A DNA stretch of 64,000 nucleotides from the human T2T-CHM13v2.0 reference genome, Homo sapiens, in the NCBI RefSeq assembly GCF_009914755.1, contig NC_060926.1. One strand, written 5' to 3'. Below, piece by piece: positions 14,717 through 31,243 of this stretch. How positions within the stretch are numbered: the first letter of the stretch is position 1; every line of letters starts with the position of its first letter. The notes beneath the pieces were generated by a model. It saw only the letters and a list, made by a program, of their open reading frames with translations. It was not told where the DNA came from and made no database searches. The position numbers and the translations under genes are program-made.

Positions 14717-15006
14717 CAGAGACAAGGCCTCACTCTGTTGCCCAGGCTGGAGTGCAGTGGCACAAACATGGCTTACTGCAGCCTTGACCTCCTGGCCTCA
14801 AGCGATCCTCCTGCCTTGGCCTCCCGAGTAGTTAGGACTACAGGTATGCACCACTGCACTTGGATACTTTTTTATTTTTATTTTTTATAGAGACAGGGTC
14901 TCACTATGTTGCCCAGACTGGTCTTGAACTCCTGAATTTAAGTGATCCTCCTGCCTCGGCCTCCCAAAGTGCTGGGATTGCCAAGTGTGAGCCAGTGTGC
15001 CTACCT
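14717..15006 (-). mobile_element. Alu (AluJ-type), no poly-A tail
   Basis: Reverse Alu starting agagacaaggcctcactctg without a T-tract. Confidence 0.93.
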
Positions 15007-15296
15007 GGGATTTCCACTTCTGTGTAGGAAATGGGCTGAGGGAGGAGAGACCTTATTAATAGGTGGAGGCAGCTGTGGGATGAGGCGGGAAACCTTGGAG
15101 GCTGACAAAGGCCAAGATGAATACTGATGCTGTCATGCTATTGATTATTGATCTTGGACATGATGTCCTGACAGGTCTGTTGAGGTTCCATTATGACAGA
15201 GCACCGTGGTGGCCACAGTGGTAGGTGGGACAGAGCCTCTGCTTTGAACTTAGAAAACACATGGTGTAAATCATGATATGACATATGAGGAAATAG

Positions 15297-15620
<324 letters not shown>

Positions 15621-15629
15621 TAATCATTT

Positions 15630-15830
15630 TTATGAAAATGTGGGAAAATGCTTTTGACATATCATTAATGAAAACAAAAGGGGAATACCATACTGTCTAT
15701 ACACTTGATTACAAGGTTGTAAAGCAAGTGTGGATGTGGAAGGTAATGTGCAAAACAGGAAAAGGCTGTTTTGAGTTAGAATATTGGGATTATGGGTGAT
15801 TTTGATTTTTAAACTTTTTTTTTCCTTTAA
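15630..15830 (+). mobile_element. L1ME-like 3' fragment
   Basis: tgggaaaatgcttttgacata...gggattatgggtgattttgattttt. Confidence 0.5.
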
Positions 15831-17300
15831 GGTTGCTATCACGTACCCTTCACATTGAAAATAAATGCAGTAAGCTTTTCAATGTACATATAAGAAGGCA
15901 ACATAACAACTGTTTTGATTGATGTTAACAATACTGAAAACTTCAGTAGTATCCCCTTACTATACGAAGAATTGGTTATCAGGTTCCAATGACGGAGGAG
16001 CAAATGCAAGACAGTCAGGAGAAGGTGCTGGCAGTGTGGTCACCCACCTCTCTTTCCTTTCAGAAAAGCTGGTTGCTGAGACTCCAGCAAGCAGCCTGTC
16101 TCTCATCAGTTCAATCCACTGCAATGTTTCTTTGCAACTAAAAATGACTCTCCTACCGCTGGCTCTCTCAGTTCTCAGAACATGAGTTTCTGACCACATT
16201 TGTGTGACTTGTCCTCAGTCTCAGAGGAGAAAGTAATAGAGACGGTCTTGCCTACTCCTCTGTCTACTGGACCCTTGATTCTAAGCTCTTCCTGTCTTGT
16301 ATCCTATTAGCCAACAAACTCAGCTTCCACTAGGATATACACAAGAGCTGCACACTGCATGATGATACGGGTTGTGAAGTGTTGATCCATCCCCAGTTTA
16401 TGGGCTTGTTTCTTTGAGAGCTGAGGCATGAGATGGGGAGAGATAGGGACGTTACCCCTCAAGATGGAGAGCTGCTTATTGCAGAGTGCTAATTAGTGCT
16501 GGACGTTTGCCACCTGTAACCCTGCTTCATCTCAGAGGGAGAGACAGATGTTCTTATTAACAGCGGCTTTAGCAGAAACGAGACATGCACAGGTTCACCA
16601 CATTCTGTAAGATTATTGGGTTTTCTAGGTACAATTTGAGGGCATAGCCAAATGTTGGCCCAGTTTTCTGACCCCATAGCTTCCTGTCTCTTCTACCTAG
16701 TTCATACTTTGGTAGAGCAAAATGTAACTCACTGCCACTCTGATGTGCAGGGGAAAGTGAGTGCAATTTAAAAATTTTCCATCTTTAACATGGTCTGTTC
16801 TCCTGAGGTCCACCCACCCCCACCCACTGATTAGTGGAAAAAATTAATTCTATATTCCATCTTGTTTAAACATGGTTCCATCTGTTCACTGAATTGGCCT
16901 CTTTAGGAAACTGTCTTGCATTTGGATACAGATACTCAGTCTCTAAGACTGCCTGTCCTTCACCTCTTCTGGCTTCAAGATGGTGTCTGGTGGTATCAGA
17001 GAAGGGTTTACATTTGCTTACAGCAACAGCAAACACTTGTAGTCCTCGATGATGGTGTCCACTCCCACTCTGTTCCCTGGGTGATGAGTTTGACCCACCT
17101 GAATTCCTCTTGCCCCACTGACATCTGAGGCTGGAGTGCCTTGTGACCTGGTCTTCCCTTACGTGATTAGGGAAGCCCCTGAGTGTCTGCCCTGTCCTGC
17201 CCCTGCCCTCTTGCCCAGCTGCCCTCCCCAGCTTCTGCCATGAGACACCTCATCCTGCCATGGCAGGCAGACTGGATATGATCATGTGATCATCTGTCCT

Positions 17301-17308
17301 TGACGTCA
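17301..17308. promoter_or_regulatory. Full palindromic CRE (TGACGTCA)
   Basis: Exact motif in non-repeat sequence; function unproven. Confidence 0.3.
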
Positions 17309-17867
17309 ACCTTGAACTTATTTAATGCTCCCTTTCCCTGTCCCAGTGCAAGCCTTGACAGGGATACGGGGGGTCCCACACCTGCCTGCTTTGTCTCCTC
17401 ACTCTCTTTTTTCTCTCTCCTCCATCTACCAAGCCAGAAAAAATGTGGGCTTTTCATTTACTTCTCCTACATCATATCTTCCTTCATTCTGCTTCCAGCT
17501 AAGCTTTAATGATGAAGTGGGATCTCTCCTATGCACTGCAGGGGAACTCTGTGGGCTGAGTCCTCCAAGCCCACATGCTGACACGCCGAAGGAAGAAAGA
17601 AACTTGGGGGATCCTTTCTTTAGGTAACAGTCTGGCTTGCAAAATGTGTTTTTGCTGCTTAATGCTATTTTTGAATATAGCAACACAATATTACCTTTTT
17701 ACCCTTCTCTTGGAGTTCCATTTATGACAAATTCTGATCCCCCTCCACAGACAGATAGATGCTAGGGTGAACTAGGGCAAGAGTTTTTGTATTTGTGGAA
17801 ACTCTATTTATAATTCTATTCTGGGAATCTTTTACTTGGCATTTGATCTGCCTAAAACCAGACTCTT

Positions 17868-18200
17868 CTTCCACTGCCAGCTTAGTTTTCCTAAAATCAT
17901 ACTTTGATCGTGTCACTCCCGCCCAAAAGCCTTCCATGGCTCCCCGTTGCCATTGCATGAGCTCCTTTGGCTCTAACCTCCCCAGATTCTCCTTCATAGC
18001 TTTCTCCTTAGCAGGCCTGTCCCCTCTTTCTTCTTGCCTTCTTCCAAGTCTTTGCTCACCTAAATATACCACCTCCCTCTTCTTTCTGCCTATTCAAATT
18101 CCAGCATCCTCCAAAACCTGTACCAATCCCACCCGTTCCATGAAGTTCTTTGGATGAGCTGAGTAAAGGCTCTCCCTTCTGCTGTTCCACAGCACTTATT
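17868..18200 (+). mobile_element. L2 fragment
   Basis: ttttcctaaaatcatactttgatcgtgtcactcccgcccaaaagccttccatggctccccgttgcc. Confidence 0.7.
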
Positions 18201-18277
18201 GGACACGTAGCCCAGCCTGCTTTGTTGAGTTGGCACAATGGAGGTCCTGCCTTGGAGGTGGCCCATTGGTGACTGGG

Positions 18278-18299
18278 AGACATGTCTGGAGACATGTCC
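18278..18299. promoter_or_regulatory. Candidate p53-family response element
   Basis: AGACATGTCT gg AGACATGTCC: two exact RRRCWWGYYY half-sites, 2-bp spacer. Confidence 0.45.
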
Positions 18300-18449
18300 A
18301 GAGACCAAGAGTCAAGCTAGTTAGGCAGTGCATGATAGATAAAATCCACTTCAAAGGCAAAATGTCTTCCAGAAAAGGAGCAGGAGGAGAAGGACTTACT
18401 GACTTAATTAACGAATCAGTACTCCTAATAGATTAAATAAGAAAATGTG

Positions 18450-18997
<548 letters not shown>

Positions 18998-19951
18998 CTA
19001 AACATTCCAGTATGCGAGTCCTCTTTCGGCCTACAGCTCACACGTTAGTGACCAGCTAGTCCGGCAGTCTCAGGATCTCAGCTGTGTGAGTCAATGTCAA
19101 GGGCTTACCTTGGATCAGAGCCTGGGATGCAATGGCCACGTCAATATCCTGTCCCCAGGGGGCTCTGTGTGAACTAAGGTCATCTTCCCTGGGGGTATCT
19201 CTGCAGCATAGGGAAGCATCCCCTCTGTTTTCCTAACAGACTCTAGGTGGGACGGGGCGGGCGATACTTCCACTATTGGTTTGTACCTTCATAGCGAGTA
19301 GCCCCATCCCTTGCATTCAGTTATAGACATACAGTAAGTATTTGTTGAACTGGACCTGGAAACTGCTCCTCAAGAAAAAAGACGTTGGAGAAATTCTTAA
19401 CAACAACAACTTATGGACCTTTGGTCCAGAGGTGAGACCTGCAAAGAAAAAGGGTGAAAATTGGAAAGAATGCAGATGTGTGTCCTCATGGGTATGTCCC
19501 AGGGAAAGTGGAAATTACCGAAGAAGCTGGGGGAACTCCAACAATATTCCCTGGGCACTGCGCCCAGAAGGGGCACAAAGATGAGTAGCATATGGTCTTG
19601 AGCTGGGGACTTTAATAGCTCACAGGCTACTTGAGACAAAGAAATATAGAAATACATTCTCCAGGCTGAGGACTGGTCTCCTCAGTGTATGGAAAGGCCA
19701 TGTCATGTTGTCTACATATCTCAGGTGGGCTGATGACAAGTCCTCATAGATTAAGGACTGGCCCCCTCAGGGTGAGGACAGGTTCCTTCGGGCTGGGAGG
19801 TAGGGGACATATCTCTTCTCTCCTACTCGGTCTCCCAGCCTCTTGCACTCAGACAGGCTGTCTCCTCCAGCTGGGGCCTGGCTTTGCTTCCAGTGGACAC
19901 TGATGGCCTTGTCTCTAGAGAAGGTTTCCTCTTTAAGACCATGCACTATTA

Positions 19952-20257
<306 letters not shown>

Positions 20258-21184
20258 CTATTAGAAAAACACAATTCACAAAACCTAAAATATAGAGGGA
20301 TTAAGCATTTGTACAACAAGGTATATTTAAATCTAAATAGACTATCTGCAGGGTTCCTGTCAGATTTTCAATTTATAAAAATGTTACTTACATACAACTT
20401 TTCAGGAACCATTTCATTGATAGAAACAGCTCACCTGATGAACCTCCAAATGTTCACTGTGGGGTCTGGGTGTGTGGAGGAGTCTCTCCCACAGGGGAGA
20501 TTTGACCAAGGGTCTTCAGTTTCTTGCTGGGACCACATGGGCTGGTGCAGAGAGGATATCCCAGTTGATCGCGATAGGAAACGGCAGCACTACAAAACCC
20601 TAGTGAGGCAGAAAAGGAATGGGGACGGTTCCTAACCCTAACTGTCCCAAAGACGAGACAATTTGATAAGGGAACACAGGAAGAAATCATAGGTCAGGGA
20701 GGGTCTCCCACTTAATTCCAGAATGTATCTTCCCTGCTTAAAGCCAAAGAGGTCTATAAAAATATCTTCCAACCTCTGCAGATGTAACAGACATTCATAG
20801 AGGAAGATTTTCAGACTTGTTCCCATGGGTAGAGAGTGCCTGGAGAAAGACACCACCATTTCAGCTTCATGTGAACCCTGCAGGAACAAATGGACACAGG
20901 AACATCCAGAGTGACAGGACAGTGGGTTGAGTCTGTGCTGTTGACATGGGACTCTGCAGACAGAGAGAATGAGACCTCTCTGCGCTCACTGTTGTTGACA
21001 CCAACAAATGGCTGTAATATCACAGAGCTTGTGAGGCTGAAAATAACTCAAGCACAAAGAGAATGATGAGAAAAGTTCATCTGGACCAGAACCAGGGAAG
21101 ACTATGCCAGACATGCTCAGTTAGGGATTGAAGTAGCACCTAGCGGGTGAAATTGGCTTTGAACTCTAGACTCCCTCTGGAGTG

Positions 21185-21576
<392 letters not shown>

Positions 21577-22636
21577 TGAGCCTGGGTGCCTCTGAACAGT
21601 TCATTCTGTAGCCTGGGTTCCATTTTCTGCAAGTGAACTCTGGGATCCAACTGCAGTTGTCCAAAATGCAAGAACCTCTGAAGGAGTGTTCAGGCAAAGA
21701 CATGTCCTGGCTCTACTTTGCTTTCTAGAGAGGAGCCTGGAAGGGTGGACTCTGTTGGAAAAGGCCATGCCTTGTCCCTGCTCATGATTGCCCTGCATTC
21801 TCTTTTCTTGGGCTAGTGCCAGCCTGAGTAGGAGAATTGGGTTTGCTGCCTGGCAGACTCCTGGTTGGGGGCTGTTGGCGCAGAACTTGACACCTGGGTG
21901 GAGACACTGAAGTAGCACCCAGGCCCAGCTGCATCCAGTCATGGTGACTTAAGCTCCAGGGCTGGATAGCTACCTGGAGCCAGTTCTTGATTTTGAACAT
22001 ATAGATAGGAGACTGCAATCAGCAGATTTGCAATCTTCTGCCTGCTTGCTTTGACTCCCTAAGGTTTCATTTACTCTTGAATCTAAAAGATGTTTACTTA
22101 AAAAGTAAAGAGGTTCATGCAGCTGAGTAAATACTGGCAGAACATTTCACAAAATCTTCTGAAAGCCCAGACAGATCGTCAAGATGAAGGCTTCTGTGTA
22201 ACAGAAACACCCGCCAGGCCCATTCATTCACTCTTGAGGAAAAAGTGAATGATATGTATTTTGAGCACCGACTTAGGCTTCTGAGGCCCCTCTGCCTCAA
22301 CTGCCTGGACTTGTTGGCTTCTGCCGCCCCCATCTTTGTCTGGCCCCCGCCCAACCTCGCTCTGACCCCCAGCTGAGCTTCTACTCCTGGACTTCAGATT
22401 TCTGCCTCTTTCTGAGAATATGTCTCCAAGCCTTCTTGTCAGCATACTGAAATAGAAGTTTTCATTTCTCATTATGACAGATTTAAGGCACTGTGAGTCT
22501 TGAATTAGAATTACTGCCTTGATACTCTTTAATCCTTCATAATACCCTTCTGGGCAGCTGTAGCCCTGGGGTGGAGCCATTAGTTATTTTCTGGATGTGA
22601 CACAAAGTAGCTGATGGATTTCTCACAGCCCCTGTC

Positions 22637-22942
22637 TTTTTTTTTTTTTTTTTGAGATGGAGTCTCGCTCTGTCACCCAGGCTGCAGTGCAGTGGGCATC
22701 TCGGCTCACTGCAAGCTCAGCCTCCCGTGTTCATGCCATTCTCCTGCCTCAGCCTCCCGAGTAGCTGGGACTATAGGCGCCCACCACCATGCCCGGCTAA
22801 TTTTTTTTTTTTTTTTGTATTTTTAGTAGAGACAGGGTTTCACCGTGTTAGGAAGGATGGTCTTGATCTCCTGACCTCGTGATCCGCCTGCCTTGGCCTC
22901 CCAAAATACTGGCATTACAGGCGTGAGCCACTGTGCCTGGCC
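22637..22942 (-). mobile_element. AluY-type
   Basis: Diagnostics gcaagctc, catgccattctcc, caccgtgttag, gatggtcttgatctcc. Confidence 0.93.
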
Positions 22943-22996
22943 TGTCATTTTTTTTAAGCCACTTTAGTAGCCAGTGAATAGTAAGCATCACTATGA

Positions 22997-23324
<328 letters not shown>

Positions 23325-23636
23325 TTCACTATGAATTTTTGCTTTGTAACAGTTCAATTTAAGTGCAACTTTCCTAAAATGTATTGATTTTATAAAGTGA
23401 CACCAACACATTGCATATCAACCCCCTAAATACACAAAAGGCCTTCCTTGTAAAGGGCAGATGAGAGAGGCTTGGGGTGGCCTACAAATTCCCTGGTGCG
23501 TAACCAGGTGGTTGCCACTCAGCAGCATTTGCAAAACAAACCCATTCTCTATGTTTCCCTTTCCTGGATTTTTTTGGGGGGGCCATATTTCTATTTGTGT
23601 GTCAGGCCACCTCAGTGCTCCCTGCACTATTTATCA

Positions 23637-24164
<528 letters not shown>

Positions 24165-24228
24165 TTAGTAAACAGGAAGGCGAAAAATGATTATTACGCA
24201 GAGTCTATTCCTGGACTACCTTGTTTTA

Positions 24229-24558
<330 letters not shown>

Positions 24559-25169
24559 TCAATTCCATATTAAGTATACATATTGTTATAGAGAGAGACT
24601 TTTATTTTTTAGAGCAGTTTAGACTCACAGCAAAATTGAGCTGAAGGTACAGAGAGTTCCCATATACCTGTTCCTGCAAAGACCATCAACATTCTGCACC
24701 AAAGAGGTTGTTACAATTGATGAACCAATATTGACACCCTATTATCACTCACAGTCCATAGCTTACATTAGGGTATGTGTTTTGGCAGCTGTATAATGAC
24801 AGTATCCACCATTATGACATCATACAGAATAGTTTCACTGTCCTAAAAATCCTCCTTGCTCCGTCTATTCATCCCTTTCTTCCCTCAAACCCCGGGCAAC
24901 CACCGATCTTTTTACTGTCTGCATAGTTTTGCCTTTTCCAGAATGTCATATAGTTGGAATTGTACCGTAAGTAGCCTTTTCAGCTTGGATTCATTCACTT
25001 AGTAATATGCATTTAATTTTCCTCCATGCAGCTTGATAGCTCTTTTTTTTAAAGCACTGAATAATATTCCATTGTGTGGATATACCACAGTTTATCCATT
25101 CACCTATTAAAGGACATCTGGGATGTTTCCAAGTTTTGGCAACTATGAATAAATCTGCTCCAAACATTC

Positions 25170-25508
<339 letters not shown>

Positions 25509-25729
25509 TAAGTTTTCAATTGTTTGGGTAACTACCAAGTAGCGTGATTGTATGTTTCGTTTTGTAAAAAAAACCCAAACTGTTTTCCAAAGTGGCTGTA
25601 CCAGTTTGCACTCCCATGTTCCTGTTACTCTACATCCCCATCAGCATTTGGTGTTGCCAGTGTTTTGGATTTGGGCCGTGCTAATAGGCGTGTAGTGGTA
25701 TCTCGTTGTTTTAATTTGTAATTCCCTAA

Positions 25730-26098
<369 letters not shown>

Positions 26099-26196
26099 TG
26101 TTTGAGTCTTTTTCCCATTATTTAGTTGGGTTGTTCATTTTCTTACTGTTGAGTTTTAAGAGTTCTTTGTATATTTTAGATAACGGTTTTTAATCA

Positions 26197-26592
<396 letters not shown>

Positions 26593-26621
26593 TTAATTTG
26601 GGGTTTTATTGAGAACATTTA

Positions 26622-26922
26622 GGCTGGGTGTGGTGGCTTACACCTGTAATCCCAGCACTTTGAAAGGGCTCAGGTGGGAGGATCCCTTGAGGCCAGGAGT
26701 TTGAGACTGGCCTGGGCAACATAGTGAGACCCATCTCTACCAAAAAAAAAAAAAAAAAAAAAAAAAAAGAGAGAGAGAAATTAGCCAGGTGTGGTGGTGC
26801 ACACCTGTAGTTGTAACTGCTCGGGAGGTGGTAACTACTCAGGAGTGTGAGGCTACAGTGAGCTATGATCATGCCATTGCACTCCAGCATAGGCAACAGA
26901 ACTCTAAAAAAAAAAAAAAAAA
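26622..26922 (+). mobile_element. Alu (AluJ-type) with expanded middle A tract
   Basis: Linker expanded to ~A27(GA)n; rearranged right arm. Confidence 0.93.
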
Positions 26923-27379
26923 CCCAGAAAGCTGAGGTCCAGGGAACAGCAGTCATGCCATGTCATTGTTGCCATCACCATGATCACCATCATTGTCAAC
27001 CATTTATCTAACACCTACCCAGTGTGCGTGCTGAGGCTGGAGAGAAGGATAAGAGGTGGTCCTGCCCTCGGGGCTTGCAGTCGGCTGGGATGATAAGTCC
27101 TGCAGAAATTTAGTGGCCGAGCTGCCACTAGAGCTCAGGTCTCTCTCTGGACTCCCAGACCAGGGCTTATCCTGTTATATTGTGGCCTCTTCTATTCTAT
27201 CGCCACAGTCACACGGGGGTGAGTGTCCTTAGGTGAGATGCTAATTTAGACTATAGATAGATCCTAACACATAAAAAGATTATGTTTTGGATAAGAATGG
27301 TGATTCTGGCTCAATGCCCAGTACAGGCATTGGGATGTTATCTGAACTGAGTGCCAGACAAAATGAGATATTAAGAATG

Positions 27380-27770
27380 CCTGGAGAAGGATCTAATAGG
27401 ACCTGGCTTGGATCAGGTGTCCACCTCTGGGCCAGTCATCTGTGACCAGGGGCAGAGTCATGGCCTGTTGTAGGGTGGGTGGAGCGGGGAGGGATAGCAT
27501 TTGGAGATATACCTAATGTTAAATGATGAGTTACTGGGTGCAGCACACCAACATGGCACATGTATACATATGTAACTAACCTGCACGTTGTGCACATGTA
27601 CCCTAAAACTTAAAGTATAATAAAATAAATAAATAAATAAATAAAACAAGTTGGGAAGCTCCTGCTAAAATCAAAGGGTTAGAGTCAGAGGAGGAGCGGT
27701 TCCCCCAAGAAGGCATGCTTCCCAGAAGGGAGGAGGTGTCAGGCAGACCAAGCAGTAAGTGCCCTCTATA
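27380..27770 (-). mobile_element. MLT1-family LTR fragment interrupted by L1PA
   Basis: ggcttggatcaggtgtccacctctgggccagtcatctgtgaccagggg; resumes after 27650. Confidence 0.5.
27462..27646 (+). mobile_element. L1PA 3' UTR fragment (~185 bp)
   Basis: ggggagggatagcatttggagatatacctaatg...catgtaccctaaaacttaaagtataataa followed by (AAAT)n. Confidence 0.95.
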
Positions 27771-27989
27771 ATGACAGAAGCTCATTCAAGAAGATATTAA
27801 AGATATTTAAAAAGGAGAGAGGCTCTGTCCTCCTGGGGTCAAGGATGTTATAGTACCCACTCACTTAGAATTGAAAGTGAAGGGGAACAAGTTGGCAAAG
27901 AACCAAGGGCAAGAAAGCAAAAGACAACCTGCTGTGTGGGAGGTAGTTGAATTTGTGTGGACGCTAAACTGGTACAAATAAGGGAACAG

Positions 27990-28275
27990 GGAGTGGGAAA
28001 TGAAGTTTTGGGAGGGAAAAGTTAGGAAGGGGCTAAACCCTGGCGAACTGGATGCCAGAACTGATGCTTTAAATTGTAGACTTTGGGATTGGGTTGCGGG
28101 ATCAAATAAAGAATGCTCAGTTAAATTCAAATTTCAGAAACACAATGGATATTTGCATGAACATACTTATGCTAAAAGAGTATTCATTGTGTATCTGAAA
28201 TTCAAATTTAACTGGACATTTTTTTTCTTAAACCCGTTAATCCTATTTGAGGAGCCAGTGAAGGGTTTTGGGCCA
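27990..28275 (-). mobile_element. L2 fragment interrupted by MER53
   Basis: gggaaatgaagttttggg...gatgccagaactgatgcttt...ggagccagtgaagggttttg. Confidence 0.45.
28091..28244. mobile_element. MER53 palindromic hAT MITE, internally deleted
   Basis: gggttgc start; arms cagttaaattcaaatttcagaaacacaatg / cattgtgtatctgaaattcaaatttaactg. Confidence 0.85.
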
Positions 28276-29379
28276 ATGCTTGCCTGAGGCCATTGACTCG
28301 ATCCAAACTCCAGAACCTCTTACCTCCAAAATCTTGGGCAGTGAAACTGATGCCCATTACAGTGAATCAGGCTTTGCCAGCTACTTGGTTCCTTTTGAAT
28401 TCTCCCAGAAAGACTGAATCCCCAGCATGGAGTGTTAAGTATAGTCTTTTAATGTCTCAATGCTTTCGGCTCTGGCACATCTATCCTTTGTCACCGTGGT
28501 AACTCAATCTGAGCCACAGAATTCAATTAACCAAATGCCCCATTTCCTTGAGGATGACTAAGTAGTCAAACTCCCCAGGCTTGCTGACATCATCCTTGAT
28601 CTATTCCTTCAGTGAGCTTGGTTATAAACACAGACGGAAATTAAGAAACAAGAATCACAGATTTGCAAACGTGTTGCTGTCTCTTCTGTCCCCATCCTTA
28701 CTCTATGGCGGGGAGGTCGCAGGGCGGGGCCTTGGGAAACTGCACAGCTCTGGCTTCCCGGATAGCTGTGAGAAGCAGCACAGTGCATCTTCACAGCCAG
28801 GACCCCGAGGGGATTGTTATAGCACACCCAGGAGCGCACTCCCTCAGCAATTTTCACTTACAACAGAGAGGAGTCTGTCGGGAAAACATGCACCCTCTAC
28901 AAAGGAGTGATTCAGATGACCTGGTCTCAGCTTCCAGCTCCTCTGCTCTCCAGCCGTTCACACACTCCCCATCACAGGAAGATTTGTTAAAAGCCAACCA
29001 AGAAAGAGAGAGAATTTGAGATCCTGCACAAACAATCCTAGAAGGTGCCAGAAGCTGCCAGAAGCTTCTTCTTTTCCAAGAAGCCACCACTTTGACTGCA
29101 GCCACAAATGACTGCCCACTCCTGCAGGAAGACAGGAGGACCCCAGAGCCCTATGTGCTCTGCCCCTGTCTACAGACCTGCCTCTCACCGCATGCCCACA
29201 GTCACCACATGTCAGCCATGGCAAACTACCTGGGGACCCCCAAGCGACCTGCTTGTGGGGCTCTGCACCCTGGTGCCAGTTCTTCTTTTAGCCTGGGGTC
29301 CTCCACCTGCCCTCTGCCTCAATGGCTCAGTAGAGCCTTCAGAGCTCACATATCAGCTCCTCCAAAAAGTGGTGCCGGA

Positions 29380-29565
29380 CCCTGCCTCCCGTCCCTGAAA
29401 ACCGAGCTTGCACTGTCACATTTAACATGTTGTGCCTGACCTATTCTTCTACACTTCTGTCCTCGTGACGTGGGGTCTGCTGGAGGCCAGTGAATGTGAA
29501 TTTTATCTTTGTACTTGCAGGGCACAACACGACACTAGGTATGGATTAGATGCTCAGTAACAATT
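29380..29565 (+). mobile_element. L2 3' end
   Basis: ttttatctttgtacttgcagggcacaacacgacactaggtatggattagatgctcagtaa. Confidence 0.5.
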
Positions 29566-29816
29566 TTAAACTGGTTTAAAAGTAATTCCAACATTGCAGA
29601 AGGGTCTAAGGCAAAAAATGAATAAAAGTTTCCTGCCACTTCTCAATCTCATTCTTCAGAGGCATCCACATACACGAGGAAAGCAGTCTTCTAGATATTG
29701 ACTACGCCTGAATGACCATACTACATGTGCACTCAGGCACCGAGCACATAAGCATATGCACAGGACCATATAAGCCACGCTGTCCCATGCTTGCCCTTTT
29801 CACTTTAGCAATGTAT

Positions 29817-29981
29817 CTTTTTTTTTTTTTTTAAGAGGCAGAGTCTTGCTTTATCACTCAGGCTGAAGTGCAGTGGTGCAATCATAGCTCACTATAGCCT
29901 TGAGCTCCTGGCTTTGAGTGATCCTCCCACCTCAGCCTCCTGAGTAGTTGGGATTATAGGTGAGCCACCATGCCTGTCCAG
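29817..29981 (-). mobile_element. FRAM-like / Alu right-arm monomer
   Basis: Single right-arm-type monomer with its own T-tract. Confidence 0.85.
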
Positions 29982-29990
29982 CAATTGAGC

Positions 29991-30297
<307 letters not shown>

Positions 30298-30371
30298 TAA
30301 AACTTTCCATGGCAACATGTATAGATCTACATTAATCTATCGATGCATAATATACCATAATAGAAGTCTAG

Positions 30372-30775
<404 letters not shown>

Positions 30776-31183
30776 TAATCTCTTTTTATATGCACCTATT
30801 TGCTTTTGTACATGGGTATAGGACAAATTTCTAGAAATGAAATTGGTAGGACATAGAAAGGGCATTTAGAATTTGTCAAAGGTCTCCGAAAAGGTGGCAA
30901 CAAATCAAACTCCAAGCACAGGGCAGGAGTCTTTTTCCAGAAACTCTTGCCAACACAATGTAGTCACCTTTGTAATTTTTACTAGTCTGAAGAATACAAT
31001 TCACTCTTCTGACTGGCACTAATTTGAGAAAAGTTGTATTTTTAAAATGTTATCATTGGTCATTTGTATTTCTTTTTCAGTGAACTACTTAGTTACAATA
31101 TCCTTTGCTCATTGTCCTATTTGGTATTTTTCGCTTTCATATTGATTTGCCTAGGTCCTTTAGATTTTAATGAAATTAGCCTG

Positions 31184-31184
31184 T

Positions 31185-31242
<58 letters not shown>

Positions 31243-31243
31243 A
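31184..31243. repeat. (TA)n microsatellite
   Basis: ~20 perfect TA units preceded by (TACA)3. Confidence 0.97.

Noticed and set aside
17045-17130. Possible C/D box snoRNA (gtgatga ... ctga)
   Set aside because: Box spacing too short, no terminal stem, no recognisable rRNA guide.
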